Shown here piece by piece: positions 26,864-39,460 of a stretch of 64,000 nt of DNA (the first letter of the stretch is position 1; each line of letters starts with the position of its first letter). Source of the DNA: Raillietiella orientalis (lineage: Eukaryota); assembly GCA_036172245.1 (NCBI GenBank), contig JAYWIR010000048.1, positions 310,001-374,000 on the forward strand, in the 5' to 3' direction. The translations under genes and the position numbers were made by a program. Below the pieces are notes generated by a model. It worked only from the letters and a program-made list of their open reading frames with translations. It did not search any database and was not told the origin of the DNA.

Positions 26864-26907
26864 TCCTCACCTCACGAAAGGTCGTGCGCCCTTTCGTGAG
26901 GTGAGGA
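26864..26907. other. Perfect 18-bp inverted repeat, 8-nt loop
   Basis: tcctcacctcacgaaagg-tcgtgcgc-cctttcgtgaggtgagga. Confidence 0.9.
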
Positions 26908-27244
26908 CTCTCTGTAGCTCCTTCCCTGCTGCCGCTACTCCAGCGGCACCCTCTGCCCCGTAAGGGGGGAGGGGGGAGAAACAAGAAAGCGGCAGGCTTT
27001 CAGGGGGAGGAGGAGGACCCCCGCGGGTCGCAAGGATCCCCACAGTGCGACTCCCCCGCTCGGATGCGCGCGATCGCTGTCTCCATGTGCTTTTTTCCTC
27101 CCCGCCTCCCGGGTCTTCTCCCTCGCTCCCGGGACTCGGGCGTGGCAGCAGTGCACGCGCGCGCGCGCGTTGTGAAAGACCCGGACCTTCTTTTCCTCCC
27201 CCCCTCCTCCTCCTCCGCCTCTGCCGCTGCCGCCGCCGCCGCCG

Positions 27245-27285
<41 letters not shown>

Positions 27286-27639
27286 TCGCTACGAGCAGAA
27301 CCTCTCAGGGAAGGCATAGTCGGATTTTCTGCGCACGCGCCGTGAGCGCGCCGCCGCGGCTGCGGCTGCCAGGAGAGGGCGAAACGGGTAGGGCGGGCCT
27401 CGGGAGGGGAACGCCCCGCCGGAGTCCGCGCGCCATCTCTGGAACAGGAGCGGCACGCCGCCGCGCGCGCCTCAGGTCTCGCGGCCCCAGCCACCTTCGC
27501 GGAAGCGCGCGAACCACGCCGCGGGCGGTGCGCGTCCGGCTCCGGAGCCGACCTTTGATCCGAGCATCGAGCAGTCTCACGGCTCTGAGGGGCGAGTAGA
27601 GGAGGCGAAGGTGGGAGGGGCGGCTTGGATTTGCGGAGG

Positions 27640-28740
27640 TGGCTCTCCCTCTGGGAGGTGGTCTCCATCCCGTGGCTTCCGGATCTCGTTTCTTCGTCAC
27701 CCCATCTCCTGCATGGGACACCGCGCCAGCGCTGCGAGCGCTCCTCGAAGAGGTGAACCTGCGAGACGAGCCTGGCGCAGCGCGGTCGGTCCTGACCGCC
27801 AGCGACCTTGGCGCCCTCTCTTTCTCCATTCGCTTTGTTTGCCCCTCTCCGTTCCTGCTGAGGTCGCAGGCGCCTTTACAGCGGATCTCCGAGAAACTGC
27901 CATCCTGAACCTTTGCTCCCGGAAAAAGGATGCGGCTGCAGCAGCTCCGTCTTTCCCGGTGGGCCATCGCGTACTCTCTCTGCAACGCCCGTCCGACGGT
28001 TTTGGGCGGCACCTGATGCCGTCAGGTGCCACGCACCCGTTCCTTCTTCCCCGCCGCGTGTGCTTCCCTCTTCTCTTCGAGCCTGGCAGTCCCTAGCTGC
28101 GCGCCCGGATCTACCCGGCTGCGTCGCGCGGCGGGGACGCAGCCGCCTTCTCCTCTTCCTCCCCGAGCGCGGTTCGCATGAGATCGGGAGATCCGCAGCA
28201 GCGAGGTGGGACGTTTTCGCCTCCCCGGGAAGACGGTCATTTCGTCTGTGGGTTTGTGGAGGGCACCTTCGCCTCCTGAGAACGGGGGCGCATCTCTCGC
28301 ATGGACCCATCGCTCGGAGACGGCAAGCCGAGTTGGAAACCGCCTCCGCTCTCTGCCCGGCAGTCCGTGTGCAGCCGCGAGGCGGGCAGCTCTTCCCATG
28401 ACGACGAAAGCACCGCGAAGTGCCGTCGGCGTCCAACAGTTTCCGGGGTCACCGCAAGCGGGAAAGTTGTCGGTGATGCCCCGATCCCGACGTCGGGAGG
28501 AAACTCTTCCGTGACGACGCGGTGCCGGAAGGACGCTGAGCTTACGGAGGAACGGTCAGCGGTTGCACGCACGTCCAGCTCGCCGCGGCGAAGAGAGGTC
28601 AAGAAGTTTGCCAACGCGTTCGTCGCCGCCAAGAGGCGGTGGTTCTCGGGTGGGATTGCCGCGCTCCAGGAGGTCGTGGCGTTGCACGAGGTCCACCGGA
28701 GTCTGCCCCCCCCCCTCCCCCCTCTCCCATACGCACGCAC
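27640..28740 (-). mobile_element. Heavily decayed non-LTR RT remnant
   Basis: PPENHRLLAATNALANFLT (NYRPI..N..K.LT-like), LAAADL, RVRDGP and FLGD occur in plausible RT order. Confidence 0.3.
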
Positions 28741-28999
28741 GCATTCATGGGGACTGGCAGCTCATCTCGGAGCCTGGCAGAAGAGACCTTGACCTCCAGG
28801 CAACACTTGACAAAGACGGCAGCGTCCTTGTCGAGGACGTCGTGCGACCGGTACCGGAAGAAGAAGGTCCAGGAAAATGCTGTGTCCCACATCGACGGTG
28901 GAGCTCCAGGGACGAATGGTGCTGTTGGATTCCCTATGGGGACCCGAATGAGGCACTTTCTCGCGCGCCCTCCCGTCACCATCCGGTCCAGCGATGCTC

Positions 29000-29450
29000 A
29001 CCGAGAACTCCGCACCGTTGCTTCCGGCGCAGGATTCGCCAGCTCGGAAGCTCAGCGATGCTCCTGTTCTGGAACACTTGAATCCTCTTTCCGGAAGCAA
29101 AGGTGGATGCTGCAGGGAGGCAGAGGAGTCGCTGCAATCGTCCCCGTCGTCTCCGGGGCGAGCCAGAGGAACATGCGAGAGGAAGTGGAGGACGGAGGGT
29201 GGAAAAGGAGGGGAGCGTGTCAGGGTGGCCAGCCGCATGCCTTCGAAGTGTGCTCGAAGAGGACCTGACTCCCGGAAACGTGCTTGAGCCTGCGGACGGA
29301 CTTTCCAGGCGGGGTAGGAAGGAGACCACGTGCGCGCGCGACGCTCGCGTTGCTAGGCGCCGTGGAGGCGTTCCGTTTCCATCAGTTTGGGGGGCGCTTT
29401 GCGGACGAGACGACCCTGCTGCGTGCGTGCGGCGGTAGGTTTCACACGGG
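29000..29450 (-). mobile_element. Non-LTR family B C-terminal fragment, copy 1
   Basis: Direct DNA homology to 38560-38830 (e.g. tgtgctcgaagagga..cccggaa..cctgcgg..cggactttcc; ggcgttccgt..ccatcagtt). Confidence 0.55.
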
Positions 29451-32449
29451 AGACCCTTCGCCGACCGGAAGTCCAGGGTGCGCGGTTGCTGCAGCGGCGG
29501 AAGCGGAAGGAACGAAATCTTGTCTGATGGGTGAATCGGCGCGAACGGAGATCGCAGCTCCGCGGTTTTCCCACGCCTGCCGAGAGTCGGTCCGCAGTCC
29601 CGAAACGTCCGTCCTCCCCTGGTTGACGTCGCCGAGTCTCGCGACTGACGACTCTCCGTCCTCCCTTTTTCGGGGCGGTGCTGTGAATCCCGGGCTCGCC
29701 ATGCATGGGAATGGATCCGTCTTCTCCGGTTCCTACGGTCCCGGGACGCGCGCAGTTTTCGGAAGACCGTCCAAACGGAAGGAAGGTCAGGTGCCAAGGA
29801 ACCCGTCTACCGGGCTCAGTCCAGGAAGGAGGTCGGGATTTGTTTCCTCGAAGCGAAGGCGGGCCGAGTAGATCCGACATCCGCAGGCTCGTTGCTGGGC
29901 GCACGGCGGGCGGGCAACTGCCTCTTTGCAAAGGTCTTGGAGAGGATGCCACCGAGGACGGGTGTCGCGAAAGGGACTCCACATCGATAGGCTACCACCA
30001 CCACCGTGTGGCTGCCATCACCGATCCCGTCTGGCACGTGGGAAACAGCTTATAGCGCAGACGGGGGTGATGCTGCCTTCAGTAGGGAACGGGAGGGGGC
30101 GAATCAGTCGAAGGGGGCGGAGCAGTGGGCGCATGCGTGCCTGCTCCGACCCCAACGTGGCTCTCCGTCGCGGAGGGACCGACCGCTACGAGTGATCGAA
30201 CGAAGAATGGTCTCCACGGCAGCTGCTGAGGGCGTCTGTGCTCTTGGGTGGACGCTCGGAGGTATCGCCTTCGTGTCGAGCAGCAGCTGCCTGCGGCCTC
30301 GCTTTTTTCTTCCACCCTTGGATGGAAGCGGCCGAATCAGGGATGGTGCTTTGCTTTGCGTGCCAGCGGGGATCACGCGGATCCTGCAAATCGGTCTCCA
30401 CGCTTCCTTTCTCGGGATTTCCTTCCTGCCCGCAAGCAACCTCTGTTTCCTTTCCGCCCCTGCGGTCCCCGGGCGTTCGCCTTTTCGGCACTCTCAGCCG
30501 AGCCCCCGTTCGGAGGCGCGGAGGGAGACCACCTCCGACTGAGGAAAGATCGAGAAGCGCATGCAGATCTCGATCTAGAAGAATCGGAGGAAAACAGCGA
30601 CGTTAATTATCGCCCTGAAAAATTTTCTCTCCAGCCTCTCAGCGCAGGGAGATTCGGCTTGCAGCAGCAGCCGTTGCGTCCGATGAGTAATTTGCAGCCG
30701 CGGAGCGACCGGCTCCGTTCGGATTTGCCTGTTGCACTGAGGCCAGGCAGAAAGACGAAAATAATGTCGTCCTGACATGCGAGAAAGCGGGACCGCTGCT
30801 CCAGAGGGGACTCGGGAGGAGCAGCGCCTGCGAGCTTTCCTCGGAGCCTTTTTTTCTTTTTTTTTTCCGGCCGGGAGGTTCGATTTAGGAGGATGAGTGA
30901 TTGCTGCTGGGAGCACATTCATTCCTCATATTAATTTTTACGCGCGCCTGACTGCAGCCACTTACAGGGAGCCACCACAGGAAGATCGGCAGCACATCAG
31001 CCATTCCAAATCTGATAAACACCTCTTCTGTCGCAAGCTTTTCCTGCGTGATTCTTTTTGCGGGGCCTTTCCTTTTTTTTTTTTTTTTTTCCTTTCGTGC
31101 CTTGCGAATTCTCTGGAATAAGGTGCCTCGGTGACGCTGAAGCACGCATCCGTTCCGATTTCGAAATTTCGGAGTCTGCTGAGGATGGCCCACCCTGCCA
31201 CGCCGATGAGAAACGCTGCGGTGTTTGTTTTCGGCTGCGAAAGCAACGCGCACACGCGGCTGCTGCTGCAGTCTGCGCCTTCCGTTTTTCCTTTTTTTTT
31301 TTTTTTTTTTTTTTTTCCCCCCTGTTTAAACATTCGCCATGTCCAGAAGAAAAGAAAGTGAACGCTGCTGCCGACCCAGGAGCAAGTCGGCATTTTTTTT
31401 TTCTTTAAAAAAAAGGTCTTGAAGGTGAAGAAGTGCGGTACGTCTTCGGATGCTGCTGCTCTAATTACACGTTCAGTACATGGCACTATGGTGTGGAAAT
31501 CTTCCAGTCGAAGGGAATCAACCCCCCCCCCCCCTCCCCGACGCGGAAGAGTGCATTGGAAACTTTCCTGTGGCACACACACAATCTTTTTCTTTTCTTT
31601 TTTGCTGGCTCAGTTCGGTAGGACGCTCCGACAAGGGCGCGCCTTCGACTAACCGACAAACGAACTCGGAGAGAGACTTGGAATTCCCTTAGATGAAGCA
31701 GTGCTGCTTTCCAGGAATGCACTTCGAGGAGGATGCGATTTAGAGATGCACATTTTTTTTTTTTTTTTCTTTCTTTCTTTCTTTCTTCTCGCACATGTGC
31801 GACCCTTACTCAGAGGATGCGTGGGCCATCCTCCTCGGGTGGACACAAACCGGAAGCGTCGCTCGTGTGGAGCTCGCATCCGTCCACTTCATTTTCGTCC
31901 GTGTGCTTTCGGTAGGAGGTGAACAAGATGGGACAGACTGAAACACGGCGTGTCGTCCTCGAGCACAGTACCTGTGAGCAGCATTTCGCCGGTTTCCTCG
32001 ACAACGGGCACCACCGAACACTTTCACACATCTCGCCCCAGCATCGCGAGGCGTTCGTTGCAGCTGGTGGGTGCAGCTCCACGCGGATCTGAAGCCACTC
32101 GTCGAAGGTTCACAGTCGGTTCGCGTTCACTATGCGTCTTCGAAGCTTCCCGAACACTCCTGGCTTTTCTTGGCATGGCGGATTTTTGATTTACTTGCGC
32201 AAGATCGGATAGCCGGATGAGAAGATTTCAAGCGCCCTCGCGTCCGACACGCGGAGAAGAAGTGCAGCGGAGCTGCTTTTTCCCTTTCCATCGTAATTTG
32301 TCAAGTCTTTCTCTTCTAGTCGTTTGACAACTGAAGAATTGCAATCACCGTTCGGAAGCTGGCACGGCATCAGATTCCAATCAGGATCAGACAAGAAACA
32401 CGCTAAAGATGGTTCGGGCCTGCCCCGAATCCTCATTTTTTTCAGGTCC

Positions 32450-33160
32450 CCCCCTTCGGTTCCTAGCGTCTCTGGAAGCTCTTGGACTTCCCCTAACGTA
32501 TGACTTCTGTGAAGGAAGTTTCGGCGACCGGAACACTCCACACCACGACCACATTCCTTCTAGATAGCTCGTAGGCCAGAATGCATCCACCTCACTCGGT
32601 TCTCGGTGACCTGTCGGTGGAGAATTTCCTGAAGCGCTTTGCGGACCTTCTGCTCGTTTCTTGGACGGAAAACCTTCTCATTTTATTTTCTTTAGAAAGG
32701 GGAGAAAAACAGCTGTTGGAATTTCCCATTGTGTGGTGTATACACGAGGCTTTTTTGCCAAGGATTTCGTCAGTCTCTGTCTCTCATCGCACCCGTCCGT
32801 CAGCCCGGGCCACAGAGAAATGAGACCAAGGGTATCCAAACGGCATGTTCTTGAAAAAGTACTTCGTGGGTTTATCCTGTGGCCTACCGGGAATCCAAGA
32901 CGTTCAAGTGCATCAGCCGTAGCGTTTCGGTTTCCGACCTTACACTGGGTCTGCGTGCGCACCATCCTCTGCCTTGGAGCACGCATGAAATGCGCTGTAG
33001 AGAGCCCACGGGCACAATGGCAACAACAGGAGGTCCAACACGCCATTCGATTACTGTCGGGATCGCAGTTGTCTGCAAGAGGGGTGTGTCTCATCACTGC
33101 ACATTGGTGCACCCCGACTTCCTCAAAGGAGCTTGATGGCCTCGGGGGATTTATTTGCAT
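32450..33160 (-). mobile_element. R2-like retrotransposon C-terminal fragment (zinc knuckle + RLE)
   Basis: CHCARGLSTAH..VGNRNATADALERLGFPV (C..C..H / RHN..L..GF.V), KKPRVY (K..KY-like), WSWCGVF (SWRG.W-like). Confidence 0.55.
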
Positions 33161-34499
33161 TTGGCTAGTTCAATAGGAATGAGGTCTCCAGCTGGATCGC
33201 TCTTCGGCACTGCTGGACTGTGCGAACCGTTCAAGAGAAAAAAAAGCAACTCTTCGTCAGAAAGCGATGAATGGCCACATGCATCATCATCTCGATGCAG
33301 GCATCCCGTGAAACGTTTGCTTCCTTCTTTCTTGCTCACGCGTCGACTCGAATGAAGACGTTTCGAAAGAACCGAAGAGCAACAGGCTTTGGGTCCAAAA
33401 AGCTTCCTGCTGGTCTCATTCGGAATACTGCAATAACTGCGGGGACGCAGCCTTAGGTCGGTTCTGTTAGGCCCCGTTTTTTTTTTTTTCCAGCTTGGTT
33501 TCGTTCATGAAGATCCGTAATTTTCGAGACAAAATGATGACCAGGGGCACGGAAGAGGGTTCACGAAACGAATAAATAAGTGGATGTTGGTTGCAATCCG
33601 AGGACTTGAACTGTCGAATGGAATTCATAGGAATGGTTCCGGCGTTCAGCAGGTATTGTCAGGACGGAACGACATGACCTCCAGGCGGCTGAGAACATCG
33701 GTGGGACACGGCCCTTTTCGAGGATACAAGCGAAAACTTTGGTCTGCATGCGTTTTGTCTGCGGCGACCCCTCTTCGCATAAGAGTCACGAGTCTGCTCT
33801 TTTGAAACGAGGAAACACCCATCGTCCGTGAATAATGGTCTCGCCATTCTCGAATGAAGAGCATCTTCAGCAAGCCACTCAACTCACCATTGATCCTTTT
33901 TTGTTCCCGTATTCACTGACTTTGCTTTTTGTTGCAAAAGTGTTGTTATTCACCTCATCCGGATGGTCATGTGCCTTCCATTCATCTGCCTTGCCTCACC
34001 GGTAATCTCAGTTTAACGAGTCCGTCTGACCTTGAGTTCCAACTTTTCTCTTGTTGAGGTTCTTTTTAACTGGAAGCAACGCTTCGAACGAGTCCTGGAA
34101 ACGCGTCCTCCGACTTTGTTGCACTCATCAGATGCTTCCGGAGCCTCAAATGTAGTATGGATGCGAGCCAGTCCACCTCTTGTCTCTGTGTTCCCTGTGC
34201 GTTTCCGTGTCTACCGAATCGGTTGCACCAGCTGCTTTGGCGTTCAGCAAGAGTTCGTGCTTTGCCTCGCATGGCACCGAGTCGTTTTCGGACCCGCCAA
34301 ACCTGCTCCATCAGCACGGTTCTTCTGCCGAGACGGTTTCCACTGAGGGAGCGTTCCACATCCGAAGTGCGGCGCCGGGGACTCCAAATCCGCAAAGAGG
34401 AACGTGGCTGTTCCGACTGGAACAGCTGCCGGATGACCCTTTTTCGCTCTTTGTCGCTTCCTTCATTCTCCCGATTCGCGAACCCCAGTGAACAGCAGC

Positions 34500-36500
34500 A
34501 ACCTTCCCGGCCTGCAACACGCGATCCGTAGTGGGTGGTAAGTCACCAGTTGCCTGTAATCTTCCCAGGCGGTCTGGAAATGCCCAGGGACCCCAAGCTG
34601 CTGAGTGTTCGTGAACGAGGGAGCCAATCTGCTTCTAAGATCCACACACCTTTCTCGCGAATCTTTGCTTCTGATTTTCTTGCATCGTATTGGAACGCCC
34701 GCTGGTTCTCTTCTCTCGTTTCTGGGGTCAGTTTCTGCCGGAAGCATGCGCGCCGCGGTTCCTCGTCTTCCCGTCTCCTCTTGGTGAGCGGCCGCTCGAG
34801 TCTGCCGGGGACGTCTCAGGTTCTGGAAGTCCCCCAAGGAACCCTCCCCCCACCACGTTTCCGAGCCCCCAGGCTCCCTTGCGGCCGCCTCTTCGCCGCA
34901 AGACGAGCCCTTGAAATCGGGGCTGCTCCCCTGTCTTGGAAACACCTCGGAGGAAAAAGCCGAGAATGAAGAGCTCTTTCCTGGGCTGCATCGCGGAAGG
35001 GAGGCTGATGACCGGAGCTGTCTCTGGAGAAGCCACATGACTGCCCGCTGCTTGAAGAAAGAGCAATCGCCAGCCCGGTTATACAGAGCGGCGGGTGAGC
35101 CGAACAGGTTATCAGCGTGGACCGCGTGATCTTAGGGAAAGGCAAACAAACAGAGAAGGTCCAATCGCTCGGTAGCCGCAGCAGATATACTCATGTTGAA
35201 ATTCGCAACGAGAACCAAGTGCATCTATCTGGAGATAAACTTTTATCACGACCGTTATCAGTTTCACTCGGCGGACGCACGGAAACGCTGCCGCGATCTG
35301 CTGCTGAGAAACCTGGAAATGCGCGCGATTATTTTCGCCCTCGTGACGGCACGACTGAATTTAGGAGCCGCGCGTATCCCTCTGCCCCTTCGCCACTGCC
35401 TGTCTTTCGCTGCCAGGGTTTGCCCTGAGGAAGGAAGGTTTGTCCTCCTCCCTCGTGCTGGGCTGGCCGACTTCCGCGAGCTCCATCGCCGCCGTTTGAA
35501 GCTTTCGCGCCCATATTTCGGTGCAGGTCCGCAGCAGCAGCATCCGCTTCGAGTTTCGCCTTGTTCCCTTGGGTAGCCGCTGAGGTCCTCCCCTCATCCT
35601 TCCTCCTAGCTGTGAGACCGCTGCACACGACGTGCTGATCGACTGCTACCCTCATGCCGGCTGCCGATCGACAGCCTGCTGCTGAAGATCTACGGTCCTC
35701 AAAGGCAAAAGAAAAGAACAAGGGCTCATTCTGCAAGCATCTTGCTGAAGATGGGATCTGAAAACGGGGACATCCCCTACTGGAGCAACTGTCTTCTCCG
35801 CAGAAAGGCATCGTCTTACGATTTCCGCTTCTCCTCGTTCCTCTCCGACCACTTGCCATCGAATGTCCGGATTCTCATCCTCGGTAACCGCGTCTCTGAC
35901 GTCAGGAATAAGAAAAGAGATTGCGTCCCTGGCTTCCTTCTTCGGTTCCGACCGTGATTCTCGTGCTCACTGTGTCACCGATCAGGACTCGCGCGGTCTT
36001 CAGACTCCGTTCAGAGAGAGACTTTCGGCGACGACGTGTCACGCTTGATCAAAGAGACGCAGTGCAGTGCTCTTCAGCTCAGTGTTGCCTTTTCTAGAAA
36101 ATCGATCACATCCGATGTAATTAGAGCTTCTTAGCCACGGTTTCTTGTTCGATGTAACCTCACTCCCTAGGTCACGTGGGTGCCATCGGCGATCGATGCT
36201 TCCTCCAGTGGGCACTGGCAGCTTTCTGTAGTGACTGACCTGGCCCTTCCAATCCAACAGGCTCGCTCTACCGCGACTAGGTGCGGCCCGTGAGCGAAAT
36301 TGTCCAGTGGCTTTAGCAGCCGCACCGAGGTCTCGAAGATCCGCAGCGTCCCTCAGCAAAAGAGCTGAGCGAATGCAGAAGGCGAAGCTTCATCCCCTCT
36401 GCAAGAAGTGGATTTCCCGCTTGAGTTTGAAGGCACCTCCGATTCTCGCACAGGTCTCACGACTGGAACGCATCTCCCCGAAGAGGAGGGACGGACTCGT
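34500..36500 (+). mobile_element. Degenerate R2-like (RLE-clade) retrotransposon, RT to endonuclease region
   Basis: Motifs in R2 order across frameshifts: HTPFSRIFAS, EVPQGTLPPPRF, EADD, CIYLEI, EEGRF..RRRLKL, W..YDF..DHLPSNVR, DC.PG..RDSRAHCV, AIDA. Confidence 0.55.
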
Positions 36501-37589
36501 CGCTCTTGGCAAAACGCGCTCTTCAGAATCCTTGAAGAATCAGAAATGTCGTTCCGTTCAACAACTGAAGGTTAAAGTCTTCCTCGAAAGATGTATCGAC
36601 AGATGGTTATTTTTTATTACACTTGTACTGACATCATTATTCAGAAGCAGATGACCAGGTGGTACTCACATCTGCATCTGTTGGTACTAGAAAGGATATT
36701 AGCATATGTTGCACCATCAGAGCACATTGTGTAGTGTCGTCTGGTGTTTTCGCGGGATGGCGCTGGATCCAAGCTGCGGTGGAGACTCGCCATCCTCCCT
36801 CCGAAACAGCTGGCAGGCTCGTTGCAAGGAAGAGTACGGTTCACCGAGTTGCTCCCGTCCAACCGGTCCGACTGTTTGCAGCAAAGCGGATGGAAGCCAA
36901 GCATCGAGGCTGAGATCGCCGCGGCATCATTTCCATATAAGGATGCGGAACGTGTTGCGACCCGAAGATCCCCAAGAAACACGGAAGCTGCGGGGCGATT
37001 TTTGTGATAAATAAAGCCATAAAATCCGGTTGGAATGCCAAATATCAGAAGAGGTGCACGGTTTTACACGTGCGAGAGCACGTTATCAGTCGCATGGGCA
37101 ATGATAAAACAACAAATATGATGAGCGGTGATGAATAGCTGATCTTTCGTATCGCGCTCCTGATGATGACAGGATGCAGCCAGGGCAGAGGGAGTCAGCA
37201 ACTCTCTGCAGACCTGTTTCGTGAAACGGGGATGTTCTTTTTATTGTTCGGCTGATGGTGCGGTTGCGTGGGATAATTGAGTGTCGCGCTTGCGGACTCA
37301 TCTGGTTCTCCGCAGAAAGGCTTTGGCTGGCTGTTTCCAAGGCAGCGCGATGATCGCGGAAGCAACAGCAGCAGCGATCTCACCTGAGAACCGGAGAAAA
37401 TTAACCCCCTTGGATTCGTGCTGGACTTAAACAAAAAAAGGGGTGGAGGAGGGTGGAGAGAGAGAGAGAGAGAGAGAAAATCGCTTACCGATCAAAGAGT
37501 CCAAGGTGGAGCCTTGTCTCCGGTGAGCGACCGATGCGGTGCGCAGGTGAGCTGCGACGGGGAGCTCTTCCCGGAAGTTCTGGAAGCAA

Positions 37590-38220
37590 CCGGCTCTCCA
37601 CCTGGCGTTGCCGAAGCTCGTTGGGGGAACTGCAAGAGACCAGCCTCGCTACAGCCCTTCGGGTCTGCAGCCCACCAGAGGGGACCGTTGGTCCCGAGCA
37701 TGGGTGGCTTCTTGGCCAGGTCAGACCAACTCCCTTCCCCTGCAAAGGTGCGTAGAGAAAAGCACGTTCCGATGCTTTTGTGAAGACACCAGCCGCTGCT
37801 GGGGACGTAGCTTCCCCTCCTGAGAACCGCAGGGCGAACCTGGAGTTTGGCTAACCCTGCTTTTAGGAAACCCGGCCAGTGGCCAGAGCTCCTGAAGGGG
37901 GAGACTGACCCGAGGGAGTCCTGCGCCTTGCAGTGTGCCATCGTGCGATCTCGGAACGTCGCCGGGCAACCTCTGCCTCTCGGTGCTTGCTGCGTTTACG
38001 GAGCGTGGACGAGCGAGAACGGTTCCCGGAGCAATCTCCCGGATACTGCATGCGCTGAACGGGGCGTGGCGTCCTTGCGCGGAGCCCGGAGCAGCTCCGG
38101 ATGCCTGCGCTTCGAGGGAACCTGGAATTCCCCTCCCTCCCCCCCCCGATCGACTTCCCTGCTTTGGTGAGCCCCCTTGCGCCACGTGCGAGAAGACGAA
38201 AATCACTTTTTGGCACGTGG
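37590..38220 (-). mobile_element. Non-LTR family C C-terminal fragment, copy 1
   Basis: SIGTCFSLRTFAGEGSWSDLAKKPPMLGTNG is homologous to SIGTCISCTPLQRNRVWSELAKNPTMFGTNG at 39.3 kb (+); resembles the H.F..C.FA..VW zinc-knuckle exit. Confidence 0.55.
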
Positions 38221-38399
38221 GGGCGCGCTCACGTCACGAACTGTCAGAGCCCTTGGGAGAGCACAGACGGGGGCGAACCTGCCGAAGAGACCAATGTGGA
38301 TGGGGTGGGGATCGAAACTTGAATCAGTAGCCTTTTAGAGGAAGCAGATTTGTGAGCACGGGGGGACTCTCATCACGGAAAGTGAATTCCTGCGTGCGT

Positions 38400-38830
38400 C
38401 AAGTGGCGGACTCAAAGATGGTAAACAGAGAGATGACAGAGGTCTGTCGGCTGTAAGTAAACAGTCTGCGTGACTTCCGACTCCCTTGCGATGACGAAGC
38501 GCAAGACAGAGTTGGATGGGGGATTGGGGTTGGTCGCAAGATGGCAGCTTCCAGCAGGCTTGCTGCAAACTCCCCTGGCATCTCCTGGGCGAGCCAGAGA
38601 GGCAAGCGAGAGGAAGCGGCCGGAGGGTGGGAAAGGAGGGGAGCGGTCAGAATGGCCAGCCGCATCACCGAACCATGCCATCGAGGTGTGCTCGAAGAGG
38701 ATGTGCCTCCCGGAAGCGCGGTTGCGCCTGCGGGCGGACTTTCCGGGCGGAGTGAGGAGATCACCTGAGTGCGCGACACTCGCATTGCCAGGTGCCGTGA
38801 AGGCGTTCCGTCTCCCATCAGTTGGGGTCA
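38400..38830 (-). mobile_element. Non-LTR family B C-terminal fragment, copy 2
   Basis: Homologous to 29.1-29.4 kb. Minus-strand ETERLHG..HILFEH..W resembles an L1/Tx1 zinc-knuckle region. Confidence 0.55.
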
Positions 38831-39219
38831 GGGCTGCGATGAAGGAGGGGGGAGGAAGGGGGAAGGGAAGCGGCGTGCTCCAGAGAGAGACGAAACCGCT
38901 TGCCTCTGGGTCATTGGTAGGTTTGGAAGACTTCGAGTCGGCTTCCAGCTCCCCTTCTGTGTAAACGAAAGGGAAAGGGAAGGGCATTTTCCCTAGAAAC
39001 CTCCTCGTGCTTTTAGGGAGTTTGCCTGGAGATTTTGATCAGAAGAGCCCCGTGCGCTTTGGTGGCTGCATCCTCATCGGAAAGTGGTTGGGCTGCTTCT
39101 CAGCCTTTCCATGTGCACGCGCGCGCGCGCGCGCGCGCGCACACACACGTGACGGAGTGTCTACTCACGTCACCGTGCCGCACGGAACGAGTGAGTTCCT
39201 CATGCAGGTGCTTTCTCGT

Positions 39220-39460
39220 GCGGGAGCACTCAGGTGTCTTCTGGTCATCCTGCCTTCTGCTGCTCATGTTCCTGCCTCGCCTCGCTCGCACGGAAAGCAT
39301 TGGAACGTGCATTTCCTGCACACCTTTGCAGAGGAATAGAGTTTGGTCCGAGCTGGCCAAGAATCCGACCATGTTCGGGACCAACGGCCACTTCCGCCGT
39401 ACTGCAGACTCGAAGGCTGAGGCGAGGCTGGTCTCTTGCGGTCGTTTGTCCTTCAGATAA
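39220..39460 (+). mobile_element. Non-LTR family C C-terminal fragment, copy 2 (inverted relative to copy 1)
   Basis: Reverse-complement DNA homology to 37620-37790. Confidence 0.55.

Larger units (their letters stand above)
241..31800. repeat. GC-rich low-complexity domain dense in homopolymers and microsatellites
   Basis: Poly-A run of about 37 nt at 1273-1309, (GGAA)n near 3400, (GT)n near 3710 and 20461, (GCAC)n near 5045, (GTGC)n near 5425, (GTC)n near 10860 and 27248, (TAT)n near 19950, (CG)n near 25345, and many G/C runs of 9 nt or more. Confidence 0.9.

Noticed and set aside
33157..33167. TAGCCAAATGC (minus strand), matching the 28S sequence downstream of the R2 site
   Set aside because: Only 11 nt; the match does not extend and lies at the upstream side of an R2-like fragment rather than at its 3' junction, so it is plausibly chance.
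38990..39030. aaacctcctcgtg resembling the L3 loop of R2 HDV-like ribozymes
   Set aside because: P3 pairing is broken and no P1/P2 pseudoknot could be built; the similar string near 13461 lies inside RT-coding remnant.
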